In this document: piece by piece, positions 33,006 through 43,648 of the stretch
Layout of the letters: every line of letters starts with the position of its first letter
Numbering within the stretch: position 1 is the stretch's first letter
NCBI GenBank assembly: GCA_002269645.1
Contig: NIVC01000315.1
Coordinates: 1 to 50,531, forward strand
Source of the DNA: Macrostomum lignano
Taxonomy: Eukaryota
DNA: 50,531 nucleotides
Reading direction: 5' to 3'
Translations under genes and position numbers: made by a program
Notes under the pieces: generated by a model
Database searches by the model: none
What the model saw: the letters and a program-made list of their open reading frames with translations, nothing else
What the model was told of the DNA's origin: nothing

Positions 33006-34178
33006 TTAGTAAAGATCTGATCTCCCTGGCTTGGCCTCAGTTTTCTTCCGCTCAAGCCAGACTTTTTCTGGAGCCAGATTTTCTTATCTAAAGCTGGGGG
33101 GGGGGCGGCAGCTACACGCAGGCAGCCACCTGCAGTTTTTGGGGCTGCAGCCGGGGTGGGGGGGGGGGTCGCGAAATGATTTGGGGCAGTCGGAAGCCCC
33201 CCCCCCCCCCTATGCTCAGGCCTTCCTGTCAGGCCAGCTGAGCTCAAACACTGCAGGCTGCTGCAGCTGGAACAACTCACTCAAGCTGCCCCCCCCCCAT
33301 CCAAAGCTCACTTTCGCCCAGAGCTGCTAGTCGCAGGCAAAATTAGGGGGAGACAGAGAGAGGGAGCGGCCCGTGCTGAACTGCTGTCTTTTTCTTATTC
33401 ACTTCTTTCTGCTTCTGCAAAGCAGCAGCCAAGGCAGGCTGAGCAACCTCATCCTCCGCTCCGCATGTGTGGGAACTGGGGCTGGGGGCTGTGCAAAGGT
33501 TAATGGGAGAGGCTTTTGAGCCAGTTTGCTTACAGAGGGAGGAGGAAGAGGTTGGGGCCGCTTTCTGCTTCTGCCAGGTGTGGCAGAAGTGCACAGCGAA
33601 AATTTCTTGCCCATTTTTGCAATGTTGCCATGCCAACCAGGCACACGGCGGCAGGGAGAGAGAAGGCATGAGGGCCGGTTCCCAGAGTCAATAAATAAAG
33701 TGAGTGTAAGGAGAGACAAAGAAGGGTCAAAGGCTCGATTAAGAGCTTCTAAACTTGATGCTTTGACATTTTTTAAACCAATTATACCACTTTATAACTT
33801 TATATCACTAGAAATAGGATGTTCTGGCATTCAAAATGGACACACAAACACGCACAAAATTTCCAGTGTTGAGTGCTTCTTATTTAGCTTTCAATTTCAA
33901 ACAAATTATGTCAAGTCAAGTGCAAGGACAGCTTCTTTTGGATCGGCCTACAATCCAGAAAAGTTAGTGGAAAAGTTTTAAAAAGCTTAAAAGCATCAAA
34001 GCAATACAATTCTAAGATTCAATGCAAGGTCTGACTGAATAGTCAGGGAGAGTGAGGCCCTTGCAGAAGTCATCTTCCTCTATGCTACTACCAATAGCAA
34101 GTAGGTAGGTGCACTGGCGAAGCGTAAAAAAGGAGCTTTATTAAACTGTTGATTTTTAGCAGTAGAACTAGCAAGGAG

Positions 34179-34915
34179 AGCAATGCAGGCATATGAAATT
34201 CCAGAACACGGGCTACCTTTTTGTTGCGCACCCCCTCGAACAAGAATCAAGTCGCCAGCCCTCTGGACCGTCGAGATATTCCACGATTCTGCCAGAAGGT
34301 CGGATTTTCCTCATAAGCGCCAGTGTATTCAGTACACCCCTGTGCGCCAATCAGCACCGCGCCTCAGTTCAGCCTTGCCAAGCCTCCAAATTTCATCAGC
34401 ATGTCTGCATCAGCTCTGACTTCGTTGGTCACTGGCCTTCACCCAGGCAGAGCTTCTGGACCCTCAAAAGGTGGCACCAGGTGACTATGGACACGCTGTT
34501 GTGAATTTCTCAAGGTTCGCTGATCAAGCCTCGACAGTGGGCAAGCCTTGACTGTTGGACATCCTCAGCTAGTCTCTCAAGCATTCAGTCATCACCCCGA
34601 TGAAATCGGCACCTTCAACGAGTGACACCAAGTGGCTATGGATACCCGGTTGCAACTATGTAAGATTTTTCTTATCAAGCCTCAATAATAGGCAAGCCTC
34701 AACTGCTAGGTATCCTCAACTAGTTTCTCAAACATTCGGTGGTCATTCAGACGCCGTCAGCACCTTCAACGGACAACAAAGCTGCACTAAGGCGCAGTGC
34801 TGATTGGCGCACAGGAGTTTATTGTCCAGAGAGCTGGCGACTTGATTCTTGTTTGAGAAGGTGCGCAATAAAAAGTTAGTAAAGTATGTCTTTGAATTTC
34901 GTGTGCCTGAGTTGC
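34179..34915. mobile_element. Foldback-like element with long imperfect inverted arms and an internal tandem duplication
   Basis: 34215-34267 (TTTTTGTTGCGCACCCCCTCGAACAAGAATCAAGTCGCCAGCCCTCTGGAC) is the inverse match of about 34824-34875. 34338-34378 is the inverse match of about 34777-34815. CAGGCA-AYGAAATTC matches at both outer ends. No TSD identified. Confidence 0.65.
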
Positions 34916-37627
34916 ACCATTCTGGCGCAGCCAAAATTTTCAAGAATAATTCGACAGGTGGAAAAATGGCTTGGTAATTTCTACTGTTGGAGCCAAAAGT
35001 GGAAGCAGAATTTTTAATAATTTGATGTTTCGATCGGGGTTATTTCAAGGTAGCACTTCTATATATGCGAAATTAAAAGCAGCACCATTTGAAAACAAAT
35101 ACAAGTACAAATGAACTAAAATAGTGAGAGGAATTGTCACTTGCTCTCAAAAGCTAAAACTGCTGCCTTATCCTAAGATTTATTGGCAAGAGGCAGTTAA
35201 ACTAAAATAATAAATGGAAGCATTTATCAGCACATGTAAAACACATAATAGACAAAAAGTTAAAAGCCAAATTCGAAAATAAATAGTAGAAGACAGATTA
35301 CCGAAAAGTTCCAAAAGATAGACTGATTCAGACTGAAATATTGATTTATTTGCCTATTAGTGGGACACTGAATTGCCGAATCCTAATATGCTTTTCGATA
35401 AAAATGTTATAGGGCAATTGAGAGAGTCAATTATTTGAAAGTTAGGCACGCTGATTCTTGCCTTTTGAAAATTGGAGACAGAATTTTACACACTTTGATG
35501 CGCCGATTGTCGATGCTACTATTCCAATATGACTAGAAAAAAAGACTAAGAAAATATGAAAAAAAATCAAAGATCGAATATGTCTTAGGGTTAATGGAGC
35601 AAACATAGGAAAGCTATTAAGTGAAAGCCGGTTATCAAAGGTAATTTTGCGCGTAATGTATTGTACGGAAATTTCTACGATCTTATCATCTCTTTTACAA
35701 TTAACACCAGAAACTGGTTACAAAAGCAGCTAACTTACCCCCTGTCTCTTTCTCGTTGGGGCGAAATTTTTATGTCTTTTAAGCAATGAAACAAAAATGT
35801 CCAGTTGTTTGCGTGGCAATTTTTTAGTTAAGAGTAAAACAGCTCATGAAAAATTATAACTTCATTTCCGACTTCTGAACTTTTTAAAACAATTTTAGTA
35901 AATGGTAAACAGAAAAATAACTTAGCTTATCGTCGCCTTATCGGGTTGCCAAATATTCAGTTATGTTTGTATTAAAAGTAGCAACCACTCAATATGAAAT
36001 TACAGTAAAAAATAAATTAGGATAAACAGAAATATTTTTAATCAACAAAAATAGATTATTAGTTAAAAATTATATTTTTAAAACAAATTTTTACATTAAA
36101 GAAATAGAAACTTTGTTTAATGTCTTCGGTTTTTTCCTGCACGGACAAATTATTACCTTTCTAAGAACAACGAACGCTATGAAATCCAGCATGGATAATA
36201 AATGGATTGATTCAACTTTAAGATACTTTTGAGTTGAGCGTTGATATTGATTCCTCAGCGTAAGCATGAGAAAAATAAATCAATGAGAGAAAAGTTAGAA
36301 TAACATTTCTATTTATAGTTAAGTTTTATGCTGAAGTGTTAAGAATTAAGAATATACTTGTAGGATAAAAAAATAGTTCTCAAAACCTTTAGACTTTAAA
36401 CAGTAACAAAACTCAAACAAAAATCTTTGGAATGTGAGGCGTTACTTTTTTGCAAATGATTCAAGTAAATATTTTCTATAAAAGTAAGAATATGAGAAGC
36501 AAGTATCTGAATGAAAAGAATATCTGAATGAATTGAAAAGAACATGTTCTTCTCTTCATTGACATTAGTTTAGAATTATATTATCAATATTTTTCATACT
36601 ACTACTAATACTACTATACTAGTATAAAGTTATTATTTTGTATGTGAAAATGCTTTAAATGCTTTATCTGTTCCATTGTCTAGATTTTGCTTAATGTATT
36701 TTAGAGTGAAAACTGAAAAGTGACACCTAGACTCTAGATGTCATTTAAAAAATGGTAGGCCAAGGTAATAACTTATTTATTGAATTATAGTTTATGAGAG
36801 TTTCCTTTTTACAAACACTGTTTTAGACATGTTATCTATGAAGAATAATGAACATTTATTAAGTCATTAAAATTTATTGCATTACAAATCTTCAACTTTA
36901 AATATAAATTATAAAATTATTATTAAGACATTTATCAATCTATTTCTATGACATTTTTGTTTAATAATTTTATAGATGTGTAGATTAAGAAATTCATATT
37001 CCTATATATATGCAAACCTTAGCCTTTGTAAAAAATAAGCCAAGTGTTGGTATAATATAAATATTTTTGTGTACAATTTTGTGTACAAATACAATTCTAG
37101 TTCCAATCATGCACAATCTTCTAGCTAGGGATCAACAAGTCATAGCACAACCAAAGCAAACTAAAATTGCAACAAATCAGTGCAGATATAATAAAGCCAT
37201 GTAATAAAAATGGTCAAACAATAAACATGATAAAACAAAGCTTAAAAATCACTAAAAATTACTAGTCTTGGTAGTATTAATACTAATTATTCTGTGTTTA
37301 AATTAAAATGTATATTATAAAAAAATTCATGGTCATGCACAGTTTCATGCACAGTCTAGTTCCAATCATGCACAAAAAATCGTGGTTGGTTGATCCCTGC
37401 TTCTAGACAGTATGTTTTGATTAACTTATTAACTTTTGATGTATGGCTTAACCATTTTTTTCAAAAATGTATAAATGTTTATATTTGGGCCTGATTAGAT
37501 GAATAGGGGCAATGCTTTTTGATAGTATCAATTTTCTATAAAGGTTTATTATCTAGTATTTTTCTTCCTAGTTGCTAGCTTGCCCCTAGTTAATCTCTAA
37601 CAAATCTAACAATATTTCAGAGCAAGC

Positions 37628-40600
37628 ATGCATGACAGTGGGTTGCTATTGGTTACCCAGGCCATCACCCGCCATCACCTGCAGCGTCTGCTTCGCCTGG
37701 CTGGTGAGCGAGTGCGCGGCCGCCTCTATCTCTGCCTGGAGCGAGCGCCCCTGACCCCCAGAACCATCAGCCTATGCTATAGCCAGCCCACCCGTCCCGG
37801 CCTGGATGTTCGCTACCTGCACTCGGACTGGCCGAAACATGCTGGCCGAGTCTGCGACCTGCTCATGCATGATTGTCCGAGCTTGTCACCTGGGCAGGCT
37901 GTTGACTTGGCCAACAGGTACCTAGCTGGCCGGCCCGGGATGGCAGAGGCTCTGACGGTGAGCTTGAATGCAGATCTTCCCACATCTTCGTGTAATCTTC
38001 CTGCTTATTTTCATATCTTTCCACATTTTGCGTCTATCTTTTATAATCTGGCATCTTTTAAGCTTCCCATATCTTTCCACACCTTTCCGTATCTTCCCGT
38101 ACTTTCCCGCATCTTTCCGTATCGCTTGTATCTTCCCGTATCTTTCCGCATCTTTCCGTATCGCTTGTATCTTCCCGTATCTTTCCGCATCTTTCCGTAT
38201 CGCTTGTATCTTCCCGTATCTTCCCGTATCTTTCCGTATCGCTTGTATCTTCCCGTATCTTTCCGCATCTTTCCGTATCGCTTGTATCTTCCCGTATCTT
38301 CCCGTATCTTTCCGTATCGCTTGTATCTTCCCGTATCTTCCCGTATCTTTCCGTATCGCTTGTATCTTCCCGTATCTTTCCGCATCTTTCCGTATCGCTT
38401 GTATCTTCCCGTATCTTCCCGTATCTTTCCGTATCGCTTGTATCTTCCCGTATCTTTCCGTATCGCTTGTATCTTCCCGTACTTTCCCGCATCTTTCCGT
38501 ATCGCTTGAATCTTCCCGTATCTTTCCGTATCGCTTGTATCTTCCCGTATCTTTCCGTATCGCTTGTATCTTCCCGTATCTTCCCGTATCTTTCCGCATC
38601 TTTCTGTATCGCTTGTATCTTCCCGTATCTTTCCGTATCTTTCCGTATCTTTCTGTATCGCTTGTATCTTCCCGTATCTTTCCGTATCTTTCCGTATCTT
38701 TCTGTATCGCTTGTATCTTCCCGTATCTTTCCGTATCTTTCCGCATCTTTCTGTATCGCTTGTATCCTCCCGTATCTTCCCGTACTTTCCCGCATCTTCC
38801 CGTATCGCTTGTATCCTCCCGTATCTTCCCGTATCTTTCCGCATCTTTCTGTATCGCTTGTATCCTCCCGTATCTTCCCGTATCTTTCCGCATCTTTCTG
38901 TATCGCTTGTATCCTCCCGTATCTTCCCGTATCGCTTGTATCTTCCCGTATCGCTTGTATCTTCCCGTATCGCTTGTATCTTCCCGTATCCCTCCGCATC
39001 TTTCCATATCTTCCAAATCTTCCCAAATCTTCCCATATCTTCTCGTATCTTCCCGTCTTTTTGACCTGCAGAATCTTCTTCAGTCACCTGTAAAATTGCC
39101 CTCAATTCTCAAAGGAAAATCGCCCTCAACTACCTGTAGAAACTCATATTTTTATAATCATATAATTTTTTATTGTGTAATCTGACCGCAACTTCTCGTA
39201 TATTTTTTAATCCTTCCCATCCGAATCCCCCATCCCAGGTGGAGCACCCGGAGCCCGAGGAGCCCGAGGAGGACTTGGCCGACCCGGACTGGCGGCCCGA
39301 CCAGTTTGCCAACGTGGCCCTTGGCGGCACCTTCGACCGGCTGCACTCAGGACACAAGATCCTGCTCGCCACCGGGGCGCTGCTCGCCAGCCGGGTGCTC
39401 ACAATCGGCATCACCGGGCCCGGGTTGCTAGGCAACAAAGTGCTGCCGGATTTAATTCAGTCGTATCGAGAGCGGGCGGCCGCTGTAGTGGACTTCCTGG
39501 CCGACACCCGGCCGGACGGGCCCGTGTATCATGTGACCGAGCTGGCCGAGCCGCTGGGCCCGCCGGCCCGCCAGGCCGACTACCAGGCCCTGGTGGCCAG
39601 TCCGGAGACCCGGTCGGGCTGCGGCCGGATCAACGCGGCTCGGACAGCGGCCGGGTGGCCGGAACTGCCCGTCCATTGCGTGCCCTTTGCCCAGGAGGAG
39701 GAGGGAGCGACTCCGGCACCGATTAATGGTGAGGGAGCCTGTTCACCCTAACCTGTTCACCCCAACCTGTTCACCCAACCTGTTCACCCTAACCTGTTCA
39801 CCCCAACCTGTTCACCCCAACCTGTTCACCCCAACCTGTTCACCCCAACCTTTTCACCCCAACCTGTTCACCCAACCTGTTCACCCTAACCTGTTCACCC
39901 CAACCTGTTCACCCTAACCTGTTCACGCCAACCTGTTCACGCCAACCTGTTCACACCAATCTGTTCACCTCAACCTGTTCACACCAACCTGTTCACCCTA
40001 ACCTGTTCACCCCAACCTGTTCACCCCAACCTGTTCACCCCAACCTGTTCACTCCAATCTGTTCACCCCAACCTGTTCACCTCAACCTGTTCACACCAAC
40101 CTGTTCACACCAATCTGTTCACCTCAACCTGTTAACCCCAAGCTGTTCACCTCAACCTGTTCACCCCAAGCTGTTCACATCAACCTGTTCACCCCGACCT
40201 GTTCACACCAACCTGTTCACCCCGACCTTTTCACCCCAACCTGTTCACCCCAACCTGTTCACCCCAACCTGTTCACCCTAACCTGTTCACCCCAAGCTGT
40301 TCACCCCAAGCTGTTCACCCTAACCTGTTCACCCCAACCTGTTCACCCTAACCTGTTCACCCAAGCTGTTCACACCAAGCTGTTCACCCTAACCTGTTCA
40401 CCCCAACCTGTTCACACCAATCTGTTCACCTCAACCTGTTCACCTCAACCTGTTCACACCAACCTGTTCACCCCGACCTGTTCACCCCAACCTGTTCACC
40501 CCAACCTGTTCATCCCAATCTGTTAACCCCAACCTGTTCACCTCAACCTGTTCACCTCAACCTGTTCACCCCAACCTGTTCACCCCGACCTGTTCACCCC

Positions 40601-42198
40601 GACCTGTTCACCCCGACCTGTTCACACCAATCTGTTAACCCCAACCTGTTCACCTCAACCTGTTCACCCCGACCTGTTCACCCCGACCTGTTCACCCCGA
40701 CCTGTTCACACCAATCTGTTCACCTCAATCTGTTCACCTCAACCTGTTCACCCCAAGCTGTTCACACCAACCTGTTCACCCCGACCTGTTCACCTCAACC
40801 TGTTCACCCCAACCTGTTGACACCAACCTGTTCACCCCGACCTGTTCAACCCAGAGACGAAGCTCAGCTCCTCAACCGGTCGGTACCGCCTGCTGGGCGC
40901 GCCGCTCCGTCCGCCGCTCCGCCCGCCGGTGCCCGGACGGCCTTATGTGCTCGGCCTCACGGGCGGCTCCGGCTCGGGCAAGAGCAGCGTCGGCCGCCGC
41001 CTCGCCGGCCTCGGCGCCCGCGTCGTCGACTGCGACCGGCTCGGCCACGCCGCCTACGCGCCCGGCACCGCCTGCCATCGCCGCCTGCTGGCCGAGTTCG
41101 GGCCAGAGATCGCGCCGGACGGACCGGACGGCGCCATCGACCGGAAGGCGCTTGGCCGGCGCGTCTTCGCTGACCAGTCGGCCAGACAGCGACTGAACGA
41201 CATCGTCTGGCCGGAGATCCGGCGCTTGGCTTTAGAGGTCCGTCATGCAGAATCCGCCGCTGCCACCTGGAGAATCTCCCTCAGCCACCTGTAGAATCTC
41301 CCTCAGCCACCTGTAGAATCTCCCTCAGCCACCTATAGAATCTCCCTCAGCCACCTATAGAATCTCCCTCAGCCACCTCTAGAATCTCCCTCAGCCACCT
41401 ATAGAATCTCCCTCAGCCACCTGTAGAATCTCCCTCAGCCACCTATAGAATCTCCCTCAGCCACCTCTAGAATCTCCCTCAGCCACCTAGAGAATCTCCC
41501 TCAGCCACCTGTAGAATCTCCCTCAGCCACCTGTAGAATCGCTCTCAAATCTCATACTCATAGGAGAATCGCCCTCAAATCTCGTAGGAGAATCGCCCTC
41601 AATTCCCATAGGATAATTGCCCTCAAATCTCATAGGAGAATCGCCCTCAAATCTCATAGGAGAATCGCCCTCAAATATCATAGAAGAATCGCCCTCAAAT
41701 CTCATAGGAGAATCGCCCTCAAATCTCATAGGAGAATCGCCCTCAAATCTCATAGGAGAATCGCCCTCAAATCTCATGGGAGAATCGCCCTCAAATCTAA
41801 AGATAATCGCCCTCAGCCACCTAAAGAACCGGAACAAAATCGCCTACCCCCAGGCTGTGCACTCCGGCCCCCAGTCGGCCAGTCCAGACGTCGTGGTCCT
41901 TGACGCTGCCGTGCTCCTAGAAGCTGAGTGGCAGTGCCTCTGCCACGAAGTGTGGCTCTGCCTCATCCCGAAGCGGGAGGCGGTCAAGCGGCTGACGGAG
42001 CGGGACGGCCTGACGGAGGAGGCGGCGCAGGCTCGACTGGCCGCTCAGCTGACCGATGCGGACCGGCTCAGCTGGGCTAGCGTCGCTTTGTGCACCCTGT
42101 GGGAGCCGGAGGCCACCCAGGCTCAAGTTGAGCTGGCCTGGAAACGGTTGCTAAGGGAACGATTGGGCGCTACTCCGGGTCCGCAGTCGAATTTGTAG
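37628..42198 (+). CDS. COASY: Bifunctional coenzyme A synthase (phosphopantetheine adenylyltransferase + dephospho-CoA kinase), 515 aa. Exons 37628-37957, 39239-39728, 40855-41237, 41854-42198
   Basis: VALGGTFDRLHSGHK (HxGH motif), ALVASPETRSGCGRINAAR, TKLSSSTGRYRLLG, PYVLGLTGGSGSGKS (P-loop), VVDCDRLGHAAY, IDRKALGRRVF, LNDIVWPEI, DAAVLLEAEW...HEVW. GT-AG introns of phase 0, 1 and 0 join in frame (330+490+383+345 = 1548 nt). Confidence 0.96.
37975..39060. repeat. Composite array of 9-10-bp monomers (ATCTTCCCGT, ATCTTTCCGY, ATCGCTTGT), COASY intron 1
   Basis: Direct reading. Confidence 0.96.
39737..40850. repeat. 14-bp minisatellite (AACCTGTTCACCCC)n, about 80 units, making up essentially all of COASY intron 2
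   Basis: Direct reading. Confidence 0.98.
41249..41830. repeat. Adjacent 22-bp (AGAATCTCCCTCAGCCACCTRT, about 13 units) and 24-bp (AGAATCGCCCTCAAATCTCATAGG, about 11 units) arrays, COASY intron 3
   Basis: Direct reading. Confidence 0.96.
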
Positions 42199-42234
42199 AT
42201 CAGTTTTGTTTTTTGTGTTCATTGATTCCGCTGT

Positions 42235-43128
42235 AGAATCGCCCTCAGCTACCTATTGGAGAATCGCCCTCAGCTACCTATTGGAGAATCGCCCTCAGCT
42301 ACCTATTGGAGAATCGCCCTCAGATACCTATTGGAGAATCGCCCTCAGCTACCTATTGGAGAATCGCCCTCAGCTACCTATTGGAGAATCGCCCTCAGCT
42401 ACCTATTGGAGAATCGCCCTCAGCTACCTATTGGAGAATCGCCCTCAGATACCTATTGGAGAATCGGCCTCAGCCACCTATTGGAGAATCGCCCTCAGCT
42501 ACCTATTGGAGAATCGCCCTCAGATACCTATTGGAGAATCGGCCTCAGATACCTATTGGAGAATCGCCCTCAGATACCTATTGGAGAATCGCCCTCAGCT
42601 ACCTATTGGAGAATCGCCCTCAGATACCTATTGGAGAATCGCCCTCAGCTACCTATTGGAGAATCGCCCTCAGATACCTATTGGAGAATCGCCCTCAGAT
42701 ACCTATTGGAGAATCGCCCTCAGCTACCTATTGGAGAATCGCCCTCAGATACCTATTGGAGAATCGCCCTCAGCTACCTATTGGAGAATCGCCCTCAGCT
42801 ACCTATTGGAGAATCGCCCTCAGCTACCTATTGGAGAATCGCCCTCAGCTACCTATTGGAGAATCGCCCTCAGCTACCTATTGGAGAATCGCCCTCAGCT
42901 ACCTATTGGAGAATCGCCCTCAGCCACCTATTGGAGAATCGCCCTCAGCCCCTATTGGAGAATCGCCCTCAGCCCCTATTGGAGAATCGGCCTCAGCCCC
43001 TATTGGAGAATCGCCCTCAGCTACCTATTGGAGAATCGCCCTCAGCTACCTATTGGAGAATCGCCCTCAGCTACCTATTGGAGAATCGCCCTCAGCCCCT
43101 ATTGGAGAATCGGCCTCAACCCCCTATT
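42235..43128. repeat. 25-bp minisatellite (AGAATCGCCCTCAGCTACCTATTGG)n, about 36 units, about 36 bp after the COASY stop
   Basis: Direct reading. Confidence 0.98.
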
Positions 43129-43648
43129 CAAAATTGAAGTGACATTGCTATTCAATAATTATTTACCTGATTTTTGGCTGCAATGTTGTACTGTTGAAAA
43201 TGTCCAAATCTTTTATATACCTTACTGTCATAATGATGATGAAATTCGTACAGAAATACAACAGGTCATTTGTTTCGTCTGCAGTTGCTTGATTTCTACT
43301 GATTAATTTGTTCACAAAGCTATTAAGAGCAATCTGCTCTGTGTTGAATATTTAATTTATTTTCTCTGATTATGTGTTTACCTTGATTTCGAAGGGAAAA
43401 GTAAAAATTCCGGTATACTACTTAGTTATCCGTGGTTTAGTAGCCTGCCAAGAATGCAAGTGTTGCTTTGTCCTCAATGATCGTGAGATCTCTTTAACAG
43501 AGTCAACTTTTTGGCGGGCGAAACAAACTCACGAGGGCTCAAAAGCCAACAATTCGCGCAAATACAAAATACAAACTCATATTGAAGCGAGCAAAAGCAA
43601 CACAACACAACAAGGGTACTAATATCGAGTTCATCAACAACAGTTACT

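Noticed and set aside
34930-37000. Possible decayed hAT transposase or AT-rich exons; TTAACCCT end at about 35590
   Set aside because: Only weak motif resemblance with many stops, and no partner terminus found.
37922-39185. Multiple 200-400-aa repetitive ORFs on both strands
   Set aside because: All lie in COASY intron 1 and derive from the composite array.
42206-43306. Long ORFs in all three plus frames (ENRPQLPIGESPSATYWRIAL)
   Set aside because: A 25-bp unit cycles through frames without stops; repeat artefact.
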